Shown here: positions 1 to 11,465 of the stretch, one piece after another
How positions within the stretch are numbered: position 1 is the stretch's first letter
How the letters are laid out: every line of letters begins with the position of its first letter
Source: Ruditapes philippinarum
Lineage: Eukaryota
Length of the DNA: 64,000 nucleotides
Reading direction: 5' to 3'
NCBI RefSeq assembly: GCF_026571515.1
Contig: NW_026864529.1
Span: 1-64,000, forward strand
Notes under the pieces: generated by a model
Databases searched by the model: none
What the model saw: only the letters and a program-made list of their open reading frames with translations
Told to the model about the DNA's origin: nothing
Program-made: the position numbers and the translations under genes

Positions 1-258
1 TGATGGAGTGAAATTTGGTAATTACTGGTTAGTAATAAAAAAATCTATAGTGAAACAAAACGAATTACTTTGAGTTAACGATAACAAGTGACGAACATTT
101 AATGTCTGTAATGTCTTCAATTGTTATCAGGAGTTATCAAACAGAGGTTATGTTAATTTAATGTTATTGATAATCGACATTTTAAATCCATAATCAACTA
201 AAAAATTACTATTGTTGGTGTCATTTTCTTTCAAGTAATAGGAAATATAAGGCAAGAG

Positions 259-1485
259 CGGGTGCTAGGTGGCGTGGACGGTAACATGCACTTTTCCATT
301 AGCGTCAATGAACAGGCTCAATCAAATTTTCAAATTTGTCTTGTTGGGCTTTCTTTAGGGATTTTTTTATTTCTCTCTATTTTAGAAAATTGATGTTGAA
401 GCTCTTGAGTTTTAAATGAACATGTGAACTGGTATATTTGGCAAACATGGAACAATTTTATCATTAAGTGACATTTTGTTGACTTTGATCTTTGTAACCC
501 ATACCTCATCTATGATGTGTATCCAAGCCATGTTTTTTGTTCTACTGATGGCAATGTTAAACTGTCCGTGCAAGAAATTTCCCAAACAGGACACAACAAC
601 ATAATCTTCTGTTTTCCCTGCTCTTTATGTTTGGTAACACCCCAAGCAGGAGTGTCAGGAAACTGAACTCGCTTTGTTGTGACTTTTGATGACTTCTTAT
701 TTGTGCCGTGTGGGGGCTGTAAAAAGTCTCCCCGTACATTTAATCAATGATGTTATATTTTCGATCCTTGAAGATCGTTCAGCACGACATTATTGTTGTG
801 TATACATGTTATGTGGTACTTTTAAGTTCCTTCTATTGGGCCATTTTCAACTTGGGTGGTTCCAGTATTCCTACTTGAATACTGTATAATCACACTTAGG
901 ATATGTTGCCTGCTTTTTATATTTGTCTTTTGACGTCCTATCAGTGATATGCAGGCTTCATAACCTCAGATCCCCTTTCAATGTTGCAGGCTCGGTTTGA
1001 TTGAGCCTGTTCATGGACGGTATTGTAAAGTGCAAGTTACCGTCCACGCCCCCTAGCACCGGCTTAAGCAGAATTCAACATTTAACACGAAAATGGTGAA
1101 GTTTTGAATTTAGAAACATCCGCAGATGTGTTCATACGGCGGTTATCATGAAACCTTCAATGAGACACAGTAGTGCCATTCCATGAAAATCGGCGTATGG
1201 TCCCCAAGTAAAAGAATGCTTTTGCCCTAAACGAGAAAACAATGGGCGGAACTAAATAAATTGGAATTTTGAGAGGGGATCTGAGGTTATGAAGCCTGCA
1301 TATCACAGATAAGACGTCAAAAGACAAATTTAAAAAGCAGGCAACATATCCTAAGGGTGATTATACAGTATTCAAGTAGGAATACTGGAACCACCCAAGT
1401 TGAAAAAGGCCAAATAGAAGAAACAAAAGTACCACATTACATGTATACACGACAATAATGTCGTGCTGAACGATCTTCAAGGATC
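259..1485. repeat. Two oppositely oriented pieces of an unclassified twin-hairpin repeat family, forming a long inverted repeat
   Basis: About 763-981 is the reverse complement of about 1269-1485, and 259-325 is the reverse complement of about 998-1062. Confidence 0.85.
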
Positions 1486-1764
1486 AAGTTGCAGGAGATC
1501 TCCAACTGGCAAGATTTTGCAAGACATCTTTACCAAAAAATTTGTTTTACTGTTTGTCCCATAACATCACAAAGCCATTCTGTAAAAATTCAAGGCTAGC
1601 CACACTAGCCTTGGCCATTAAGGTCAGCACTTACACAAATAATCGAATTCCATGCAATTACAATCAATTAACGATGTCACGTATTGCTTCTTTCATAGCT
1701 GCTCACGTTTCTGTAAAGAAAAGTATGTAGTCATCAGGTTTACTTTTATTGAGTGGTAGATGAA

Positions 1765-2060
1765 AAAACAAGAATAAAGATCAGAGGCAAAGGCAACGTT
1801 AAGAGGACGCACCCCCACCCCATTTAAGTAGGGCCACCACAGACAAGGGACCAAACAAAAATATGGATTAAACAAAGGAATTGAGACACAAGGAACGAAG
1901 GCGGCTCCGTTCTAATGAAGCACTCTGCGGAGTGGTAACATAAGGCGTGAAAGGAGTGGGCACATGTAATTGTTGAAATAATATAAAACTAAAGAATACG
2001 AGGCTCCCAATAAGGGGAATTAAAATAAACAAGATGAAGGGTAAAGGTATAAGAGTTGAA
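1765..2060 (-). mobile_element. 3' portion of the same SINE family
   Basis: caagaataaagatca...aggcaa...caacgtt...aggacgca...aagtagggc matches 7798-7870. Confidence 0.55.
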
Positions 2061-4187
2061 AAGCTCTAAATGACAGATAAGGGACCAAACTATATTATAG
2101 GCCAGTCTCGAGGGCTGCTCCTGTTGGGGCAAAGATCCCAATTTACAAACCGTGTAATTCAGCTTAAAATTAGGATAGTTCCCCATGCACTAAATAACTG
2201 CCAAATAAAACGGTTAATAACAGTTATGTACAATAGTTCTTACACAGGAAACTTATTACCCAACAACGCTTGTCCCGCGCCTTCGTTTAATACCGGAAAA
2301 ATTTTTGGAAGAAACAAGTTTTGTGTTTTTGTCTAGCCAGCGTGACGAAGTGCCATTGGCTGTGGTGCGCAATATGTACGATTATTATTAGGTGGAATTA
2401 GACTATTGTTCGCTTTCGCATTACAACGGAAGCATCTCGGCTTCAACATTAATCCATTCAGTTCGAAGTTACGTAACTATCGGCTCCTGCTAGTCGAATT
2501 GAGGAAATAAATGTTCATGTGGTACTCTAGTGCGACGAGTCCAGAACAAGACATATGACTATTATTATGAGAACATGGGAGGTCATTCTCGGTGATTGAA
2601 AAAATATGGTAGAAGTCCTATGGGTCACAAGACATGCTTTAAAAAATAGAAAACCCTTTGTTCAACACCAACAAGAGGTCAATTTTTACCTTCAATCATC
2701 ATTAAACTTGGTCAGGATGCGTGTCTAGGTGATAGCTTGGATGAGTTCGAACATGGGTTATCTCGGATGAAAAACTAGGTCACAGGAGCTAAAAATAGAA
2801 ACATTTTGTTAACACTCTAGCGGTCACATTTTTGACACAAGTGTCATCAAACTTGATCAGGATGCTTGTCTAGGTACTTGCTCTGATGAGTTCGAACATG
2901 GGGTCATCTCGGATGAAAAACTAGGTCACAGAAGCAGAAAATAGAAAAATCTTGTCAACACTCTAGTGGTGACAATTTTGTTTGACTCAATTGTCATCAA
3001 ACTTGGTCAGGAAACTTGTCTAGGTAATTGCTCGGATTAGTTCAAACATGGGTCATCTCGGATAAAAAACTAGGTCACAGGAGGTAAAAATAGAAAAATC
3101 TTGTTAACACTCTAGTGGCTACTGTTTTGATCCAAATATCCTGTAAATTGGTCTGAAAGTTTGTTTTGATGATTTCTAAGTCAAGTTCGAAAATGGGTCA
3201 TCTCGGATGAAAAACTAGGTCACAGGAGGTAAAAATAGAAAAATCTTGTTAATACTCTAGTGGCTACTGTTTTGATCCAAATATCCTGTAAATTGGTCTG
3301 AAAGTTTGTTTTGATGATTTCTAAGTCAAGTTCGAACATGGGTCATCTCGGATGAAAAACTAGGTCACACCGCCCAAATATGAAAAAACCTTGTTGACAC
3401 TCTAGTGGTCACATTTTTAGCTCGACTTTTTTTCTTTTGCAAAAAAAGTAGAGGTATTGTTATAGTCAGGTCGGCGTTCCCGTTGCCGTTGCCGTCCGCA
3501 AACTTGTACCTGGATCATAACTTTTTTTATTTCTTGGTGTATTGTCTTCATACTTGGCCACAACAACCCTTGGGACAAGACCTTTTAGTAGACCACACTA
3601 ACCTTGACCTTCATCCATAAATGACCTTGACCTTCAAGGTTAAAAGTCCAATTTTTGCTTGTTCATGCTGTTATTGGCTGTAACTTTGTTATTTTTGAAT
3701 GGATTGTCTTCAAACTTAAACATAATAATCTTTAAGGATATCCCTTAAAAATAACCAGCCAGACCTTGACCTTCACTCATAAATGACCTTGACTTTGAAG
3801 GTCAAATTATTGAAATTTTCATTTTTTTTTGCTTTTATTGGCTGTAACTTTGTTATTTTTTGAATGGATTGTCTTGAAACTTGAACATAATAATCTTCAA
3901 AGATTACTGTTAAAAATATACCGAAAGACCTTGACCTTCACTCATTAATGACATTGTCTTTGAAGGTCAAATTATTGAAATTTTCATTGTTTTGGCGGTA
4001 ACTGACTGTAACTTTGCTATTATTGAAGGGATCAACTTCATATTATAAGAGAACATTCTTAAGGACCAGACCATGTTGTTTATCAAACCCAAATTTGCTT
4101 GGGCTCTTTAATAACCTTGACCTTGAAGGTTAAAGTACTGAATTTTCTCAGATTTGTGCATTAAATGACCATAAATATATATTTATT

Positions 4188-4205
4188 GGTGTGTGTGTGT
4201 GTGTG

Positions 4206-4236
<31 letters not shown>

Positions 4237-4256
4237 TTACAACAACAACAACAACT
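4188..4256. repeat. Compound microsatellite (GT)n(AT)n(CAA)n
   Basis: Directly visible in the sequence. Confidence 0.9.
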
Positions 4257-5222
4257 AGAATTGCGTCATTGTTTCTATTTATAGAATTGCGTCATTGTTT
4301 CTATTTATAGAATTGGGTCATTGTTTCTATTTATAGAATTGCGTCATTCTTTCTATTTATAGAAATTGGATCATTCTTTCTATTTTTAGAAATTGGGTCA
4401 TTGTTTCTATTTTTAGAAATTTCGTCATTGTTGCTATTTTTAGAAATTGCGTCATTGTTTCTATTTTTAGAAATTGTGTCATTTTTTTCTATTTTTAGAA
4501 ATTGCGTCATTTTTTTTTATTTTTAGAAATTGCGTCATTTTTTATATTTTAAGAAATTGCATCATTGTTGCTATTTTTAGAAATTGTTGCTATTTTTTCT
4601 ATTTTTAAAAATTGCATCATTTTTTCTATTTTTAGAAATTGCTTCATTTTTTCTATTTTTAGAAATTGCGTCATTGTTGCTATTTTTAGAAATTGCGTCA
4701 TTTTTTCTATTTTTAGATATTGCATAATTTTTTCTATATTTAGAATTTGCTTCATTTTTTCTATTTTTAAAAATTGCGTCATTGTTGCTATTTTTAGAAA
4801 TTGCGTCATTTTTTCTATTTTTAGAAATTGCATCATTGTTGCTATTTTTAGAAATTGCATCATTCTTTCTATTTTTAGAAATTGCGTCATTGTTGCTATT
4901 TTTAGAAATTGTGTCATTGTTTCTATTTATAGAAGTTGCGTCATTGTTGCTATTTTTAGAAATTGCGTCATTGTAGCTATTTTTAGAAATTAAGTCATTT
5001 TTTCTATTTTTAGAAATTGCGTCATTGTTGATATTTTTAGAAATTGTATCATTGTTGCTATTTTTAGAAATTGCATCATTGTTGCTATTTTTAGAAATTG
5101 CGTCATTTTTTTCTATTTTTAGAAATTGTGTCATTGTTACTATTTTAAGAAATTGCGTCATGTTGCTATTTTAAGAAATTGCGTAATGTTGCTATTTTTA
5201 GAAATTTGCTTAATGTTTCTAT
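4257..5222. repeat. 27-bp minisatellite (about 35 copies, consensus agaaattgcgtcattgttgctattttt)
   Basis: Head-to-tail units with no spacers; the first few units are 26 bp. Confidence 0.96.
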
Positions 5223-5759
5223 TCATATATATATACAAAATATATAAACAAAACTTATGTGACAAGACAGACCAATTAATTTATAAAAAGGAAACATTAA
5301 GATATGTTCAAACCTTTCTATGTTTGCGTTTAGAAAAAGTAAAAAGTCGAGCGTTGCCCCGCCCGGCGGTGGCTGTTGTTGACTCAATTATCACCAAACT
5401 TGCTCAGGATGCTTGTCTAGGTCATTGCTCGGATGAGTTTGAAATCGCATGTGAAACTAGGTTACCGGAGCTAAAAATAGAAAAATCTTGTTAACACTAG
5501 TTGGTACTGTTTTGATCCAAGTATCCTGGATATTGGTCTGAAAGTTTGTTTTGATGATTTCTAGGTCAAGTTTGAATATGGGTCACCTGAGTAAAAAACT
5601 AGGTCACACTGCTCAAGTATGGATAATCTTGTTTACACTGTAGTGATCACATTTTTGACTCACCTGTCACGAAACTTGGTCAGAATGCTTGTCTAGGTAA
5701 TTGTTCGGATGTGTTTGATGGGTCAGGTGAGCGATCTAGGGCCATCATGGCCCTCTTGT

Positions 5760-6362
5760 TTCGAAATTGGGGGCATTGTTCACCCAGGCCAACATATGAA
5801 CATGTGGTGACCCACGATGCTGAAACTCTATCCTGTATTTGTAATCTGTTACTTCACCAAGAGGATTCAGTTGTTTGTTCATAAGGATATATTTGAAGAA
5901 TAGTTGTACTCTATTGTCAAAATGCCTGGCAGCGGTCACAGGGTCAGAACGCAAATATCTGCATTTTTCTTCCCAAGATAAGCTCAAAACATCATCATCA
6001 GTTAGCTGTACCCCTTGTTGTTTCGCTATGACTTTAATTGTGTCTGACCATTTCAGATCAGCTGCTGATAATGTGATAAACCATGTACAAGGCCCTAACT
6101 GCCTAATCATTCCAAGCAGGTCGTAAAAAAGCTTATTGAAATATGCAGGGGAGCCACGGATCTTCTGGAGGAAATGTATCCCGAGATCATTTCTTACAAT
6201 ACCAGCTACTTTATCTTTGAGTTCTCTAGCAGTGGCATTTAGTTCTCCTCTTGTATGTAGGCTGATATTCATGTTGTCACTAGCTTCTGTTCTGTACTGG
6301 GCATAGAACTCTATGTTTCCGTCTATTACAGTTGAAAATTCTTGTTTGAAAATGCTTTTCAT
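5760..6362 (-). pseudogene. Rep (Helitron_like_N) domain fragment
   Basis: ORF 5745..6362 carries Rep motif 1 (FITLS) and motif 2 (EFQHRGSPHVH). Its final residues (TRGP) are read from the adjacent HINE end. Confidence 0.9.
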
Positions 6363-6529
6363 TGTTATTGTTTGGTCTATTAAAGGAAAAACTTAATTGT
6401 CCTGTTGGAAAAAAACTGAAGGAAGCTTAATTCTTCTGCATGTTTATCAAAAATAAGGTTTTGTGTTTTCTTTCCTACCCCCGGTGAAATGATTAAAATA
6501 TGTTTTTGTTCTGCAACAATATTAATATC

Positions 6530-7030
6530 TTAAAATATGATAAACAAGATCAACAAGGAAAGGTGGCGTTCAATGAAGTGCAAGGAGCCCAGGCGGACCC
6601 CAAACAAAAACAGGACAGAGCAAAGACAGAGCACGGACAGGTTAATCATTAAATGATAAATAATTTGTAACTGATTAGGAATTCAAAGAAAATAATAATA
6701 GGCCCACAAAGGGGACAGGAGACCGGGGGGAGGGGGGGTAATCAAAGAAATAAAACCAGAGGCAATGGGGAAGATACTTACCGCAGACGAGACAACAACA
6801 AGGGACACAAGCAAAAGTGTCACCAAAACAGTATGAAACAACATAGACATACACCTGAGGAACACAGTGGGGCGCCGCCTTGGAACGGTCAGCAGCATAA
6901 TAATGACTGCTGGGGAGTTTAAACCGGTTAATGGTGCACCAAACCTCGCTCTTAGCCCCACCATGTTCCTATAAACGAGACAGTGTAAATAAAATGAATC
7001 CCCGCCAAGTGAAATTCTAACAGTTGCCAT
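6530..7030 (-). mobile_element. V-SINE-like element (RUDI/BivaV type)
   Basis: The minus strand reads ggtggggctaagagcgaggtttgg...aaccggtttaaactccccag...ctgaccgttccaaggcgg, which I recall as the V-domain core. The tail cattgaacgccacctttccttgttgatcttgtttatcatatttt is shared with other copies in the window. Confidence 0.65.
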
Positions 7031-7780
7031 GGTTACAAAAGGTAAAATAAGTAAAACACTAAAATGATCATCTTAAGGCTGAATACACGAGTCGAATGGA
7101 AGGTCTCTTATTTTTGTTCGTTCATCTTCAATCTAATTGTCCTGCTCTGTTTAGGTTCCATGAAGGTCAGCAGATAAATCACCTGTGCTACTGTATTTTC
7201 TAATGTGTTCGTAGATAACCTCAGTAATTGCTTCGTCTCTAAGGAGTCCAAAAGGTATTGGTTATGTTCACAGCTTTCCTGTATCATAATTTCAGCTAAC
7301 ATCTTCATAGAGTGGATTGTGAAGATCACACTTTAAATATGCAGTCCTTATTTTGTATGGCCTAATTGTTTGTGTAAATGCATGATCTCTGGAAATATGT
7401 TACAGCTTAACGTTTAAGATAATGAACGTCTCTGAAGATGGAACTCTAGGCAGAATTGAGACTAATTGTTCAGGTTCAATCGGCACATTGACAACACATC
7501 CATGCACCGCTTTCTGCTTGCCACGTGGTAGAGCTAATATTTTCATGAAAGGAATTCTTCTTGATATGAAAACAGCCTCAAGAGAGTTCAATTCATCAAT
7601 CTGATGAGGAATTTCATCTACTTCTAGACCATTAACAACAGCTAAATTAGGTACTGTTTTTGCTTTCAAAGCCTTGTGGCATGAAAAACAAATATATTCA
7701 ATGCCGTTATAAGATATTTTAACTGTTCTACAGTTCAGATATGATGCATTATTATCAGTTTCTTTGTAGATATTTACAGG

Positions 7781-8206
7781 TGATTAATACAGAAAAGACA
7801 AGAATAAAGATCAACAAGGCAAATACAACGTTCACAGGACGCAGCCCCCGACACACCAAAGTAGGGCACCCAGAAGGCACCAAACCAAAACCTTAAGTGG
7901 ACATAAGGGCGGTGAAAGGAGAGGGACATGAAATAATTATGTGAAATAATAAAAACTAAAACGGGCCCTTATGGGAATTAAAGGAATAAGGGCTGTAAGG
8001 GTGAAAAGGGGAGGTGGATAAAAATGGTAGGGGGTGTGAGAAAATACCTACCGTAAACGGCAATCAAACAAGGCAGACATCACAAAACATGTAAACATTC
8101 AAAAACAAGTAACAACACAGACATGAAAAACACGTGAAGGAACACAGAGGGGTAGTGCCTTGGAACGGTCAGTGGTAGTTAAACCACTGGGGAGTTTCAA
8201 CCGGTT
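7781..8206 (-). mobile_element. 5'-truncated V-SINE-like copy inserted in the Helentron ORF
   Basis: Contains accggttgaaactccccag...ctgaccgttccaaggc. It separates CTVCNRL from the downstream CFSC segment of the Rep ORF. Confidence 0.65.
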
Positions 8207-8334
8207 AAAGTCTGTTACACACCGTACAAATATATGTTGGCCAATTTTGAATGTCATTCTTAGAGTTATCAAATGCCGGTACAAAGTCATGACTTTTGTG
8301 TTTTTTAGGCAACTTGCCTTGTGTTTCTTGTTGT

Positions 8335-8870
8335 CTCTGAGCAACACGTTTTCTTTTGTTTCTTTTGTTTCTTTGTTCTCTCATAGGGGAGGCTTCTCGC
8401 TTTATTCCTGGCAACACGTTCTGTTTTGTTTCTTTGTTCTCTCACTAGAGAGACTTCTCGCTTTATTCTTTGGGCAACACGTTCTCTTTTGTTTATTTGT
8501 TCTCTCACTAGAGAGACTTCTCGCTTTATTCTTTGGGCAACACGTTCTCTTTTGTTTCTTTGTTCTCTCACTAGAGAGACTTCTCGCTTTATTCTTTGGG
8601 CAACACGTTCTCTTTTGTTTCTTTGTTCTCTCACTAGAGAGACTTCTCGCTTTATTCTTTAGGCAACACGTTCTCTTTTGTTTATTTGTTCTCTCACTAG
8701 AGAGACTTTTCGCTTTATTCTTTGGGCAACACGTTCTCTTTTGTTTATTTGTTCTCTCACTAGAGAGACTTCTCGCTTTATTCTTTGGGCAACACGTTCT
8801 CTTTTGTTTATTTGTTCAATCACGGGAGATGCTTCGTGCTTTATATTTGAGCTACACGTTTCTTCTGTTT
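8335..8870. repeat. 63-bp tandem repeat (about 8 copies) encoding the 21-aa unit LVREQRNKRERVAQRIKREVS on the minus strand
   Basis: gcaacacgtt recurs at 8411, 8474, 8537, 8600, 8663, 8726 and 8789. Confidence 0.95.
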
Positions 8871-9590
8871 TTTGCTCTCCCAGGAAAGGCTTCTTTCTTT
8901 CCTCTCCGGGCTTCACGTTCCCGTTTATTTCTGCGTTCTTTTTCAGAAGAGGCTATATGCTTTTTCTGCAGGCTTCAAGAAATCGCTTATTTCGTAGATT
9001 TCTTTCAAAAGACATCTCGCGTTTGTCATTTTTCTAATTATATGTATCTCTTGACGTTCAGCCCTTTCAACTGAAGTTTCAGAAGCTCTTTTCTGTTGCA
9101 TTCTTTGCTTTTCAGTAACATTTCTGCTTGGTGTTTTCTCCGATTTAGTTCTTTGTTTTGCAATATAAGGAGGTTTACTAACCACATGTTTGACACTGTT
9201 TGATTAATAAATAGTTTTAAAAAGATGTTAATAAATAAGTATATCAACACCAGCTGATGTGAATATCTTTTTTACAGCCGAGTCTGCAATGCTCTTGTAA
9301 TTTTATTGTGATTTATGCTTCCGAGGGATCACTTTGTTTCCAGATTTTTGTACTTTTAAGCACCAATATGATGGGCGTTGTAAAATTCAGGATAAATCAG
9401 AAAAAAATTGTGTACTGATGTATTAAAGATGCTATTCCATGAGAACCCTGTTCCGCCTTTGAAAATTACAAATATTAAAATATAAAGTGGAAAAGTATTA
9501 CTTTCATTATCAACAATAAAATGGAAAACAATTACTTAATATACTATAAATACTGAAACAAGAAGGTATAGAAAAGCAAATATTCAAATA

Positions 9591-10435
9591 CGAGAGGTTA
9601 TCCAAAAATTCGTGGACGTTCTTTGTTGCGTAAAATATATTAGAGATATTAACTTGAAATTCTTACATTGCTTAGAAAATTAAATTAAATAACAAATAAA
9701 CACAGAAAAATCCACGTGAGTAGCTTCTTACATTACAACAATATTTAATTTTACATAAACACATGTCGGCGACAGCGGCGCACTACAAAAAGTTATTGAC
9801 GTCAACGTCATAATATTAACGTACAACTTGTGCTTCAACGTTACTCAGTCAATGACGGTAACTGCTTCTCAAAGTAATGTCTATCACTAAATTTTTTTAT
9901 GCCACTTTAACACTAATGATCGTGAAATTTTCTTTTCTCTGTTCGTCTGCTGATTTTTTTAAAATGTTTTTTTAAGTGTCATTTCCAAATTACAACAAAA
10001 ATTTATGATTGTTTATGATCATGCGATTTTCTAATTACCACGTGTCCGTCATTTTCCCGTTGAAAACAATAAAGGCGTCTGGCGTTTCTAGCGATATCAA
10101 CAAAAATAAACGGAAATGACGTCCTTTATTTTAAAGAATTACTTAAATGACATCAAAGAAGAAACATGCGATGTTCAGCGGGTTTTCTATGTTAATTTTT
10201 TAGCTTTATAGCAAGAAATATACGATGATTTACTGCGCTTTTCTACCGTGCGCCGGATGCCGTGTATGTGCTTATTTAAAAGCAATATAAAATCATTATT
10301 TATTGACACAATAAACTGTTCCTTTCAAAATGTGTTGATAATATTCTACAATGTATGCTGATAAATTTTCATTTCAATACACGTTGACGTTCGAGAGATA
10401 TTTAAAAAGTCCACGAATTTTTAAATAACCCCTCG
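9591..10435. mobile_element. Tc1/mariner-type non-autonomous element (MITE)
   Basis: TA|cgagaggttatccaaaaattcgtggac ... gtccacgaatttttaaataacccctcg|TA: a TIR of about 27 bp, a TA TSD and no ORF. Confidence 0.8.
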
Positions 10436-10494
10436 TATATCAGTAATTAATTAAGGAAAGGTAAAGGATTGGTGTTCAGACACTTTGCATATCT

Positions 10495-11460
10495 AGCACA
10501 AGACACATTAAGTATTATAAAGAATTGTTTTCTTAGCAAGAAAATGTAACACAAGATGCTAAACCAGGTATTTAAATATAGCATTCAGGAATTAAAGTGT
10601 TTATAGTATGAATACAGTATGCATATATAGCTAACGGCACATAAAATGTTATTCAAAAGTACAATCTAAAACGGAAATGAAACATAAGATGTTAAACAAG
10701 GATTTCAATGTAGCATTCGGGAAAAGAAAGAGAATTAGTGTAAAACCGTTACGCATATATGGCAAACGGCATATAAATTGTTATGTAAAATTGCATTCTA
10801 AGCAAGCAAATGTCACATTATATGTTATACAATGTTTTCTAAAATAATTTCATGGAAATTCTATTGTTTGTCATCCTTCTGAAATATATATTTCATACAT
10901 GCAGGCTCTTCTATTATTTTGGGGGAGGGGGAAATCAGCTGTTCCATGATTTTTGGTAAAAAGTAAGAGTTGAATGCCAAATTTAAATGTCACACAAGAT
11001 GCTAAGGACGATTTTGTCATAAACCTCCCGAAATAGATGTTTTGTACATGCAGACTCTTCCGTTATATTCAGGGGGAAAATCAGGTCACACAATATGTTA
11101 AATGTTAATGAATTTTGGCACACAGGATGTAAAATGATTTCATGGAACTTATTTTGTTTGTCATGAACCTGCTTAAATCCTTAAATATATATTTCTAACA
11201 TGCTGGCTCTTCCATATTTAGGGGAAAATGAGCCGTTCCATCACTGTGTTTATGCCTAGTCTTAAATGTCACAGCAGATCTTAATGATGATTTCCTGAAA
11301 TACTACTGTTTGTATTTCACGGTGTTTTGTCACACAATATGTTAAACATTATGCATATATAGCAAAACACATATAAACTGTTATAGAAAATAATGTTAAA
11401 CGATTTACTGGGGCAAATGAGTGAAAATCTACACAAGATATCAAAATGTTAATTTCCAAC
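10495..11460. repeat. Degenerate tandem/patchwork repeats
   Basis: tgtcacacaagatgctaa-like motifs occur about 8 times, and catgcaggctcttc...ggggaaaat occurs at about 10899, 11048 and 11199. Confidence 0.55.
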
Positions 11461-11465
11461 AAATT

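Larger units (their letters stand above)
3414..5380 (+). mobile_element. Inner HINE-like element nested in the outer HINE
   Basis: It starts ttttagctcgactttt followed by a short (ccgttg)n tract. It ends with the complementary subTIR aaaagtcgagc, a GC-rich hairpin remnant and gttgtt. Removing it restores the outer unit (ggtcacattt|ttgactcaa). Internal repeats of about 164 bp (accttgaccttca) lie at 3601, 3763 and 3928. Confidence 0.8.
2570..5760 (+). mobile_element. Outer non-autonomous Helentron-associated element (HINE/pearl/DINE-1-like) with an internal array of about 145-bp units
   Basis: The units (aaacttggtcag...gagttcgaacatgggtca...aaaaactaggtcac) have ctagg at 2775, 2921, 3070, 3215 and 3360, resuming at 5457 and 5599. 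The 3' end reads ggtgagcg, then the hairpin agggccatcatggccct, then cttgttt. The 5' end is not found. Confidence 0.8.
5760..9190 (-). mobile_element. Decayed Helentron/Helitron-like Rep ORF (N-terminal repeats, Cys motifs, DUF6570-like region, HUH Rep); helicase not present in the window
   Basis: Minus-strand pieces in order: K/R/E-rich repeats; WPTYICTVCNRL; EYICFSCHKALKAKTVPNLAVVNGL; RRIPFMKILALPRGKQKAVHGCVVNVP; a frameshifted TIRPYKI...NPLYEDV segment; then IRGSPAYF...MIRQLGPCTWFITLSAADLKW...DPVTAARHF...YRIEFQHRGSPHVHML (HUH motif). It is broken by stops, frameshifts and SINE insertions. Confidence 0.9.

Noticed and set aside
1485-1730. Possible minus-strand exon (acceptor ttttctttacAG near 1712) or continuation of the Rep ORF
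   Set aside because: The frames I translated contain stops, and I found no Rep or helicase motifs.
2880-2925. Hammerhead ribozyme core (ctgatgag...gaa)
   Set aside because: CTGATGA occurs in only one monomer (the others read ggatgag, ggattag or gtcaag), and I could not build the required stems and GAAA.
4257-5222. CRISPR-like array or repeat protein (ORFs 4549..4917, 4565..4993, 4577..5161, 4782..4976)
   Set aside because: The 27-bp units are contiguous with no unique spacers, there are no cas genes and the context is eukaryotic. The ORFs arise because the unit is a stop-free multiple of 3.
6683-7030. 115-aa ORF with a hydrophobic segment
   Set aside because: It lies wholly within a SINE-like repeat and has no protein-family features.
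8160-9074. 304-aa hydrophobic plus-strand ORF resembling a membrane protein
   Set aside because: It is the antisense reading of the 63-bp repeat of the minus-strand Helentron ORF, and it begins inside a SINE.
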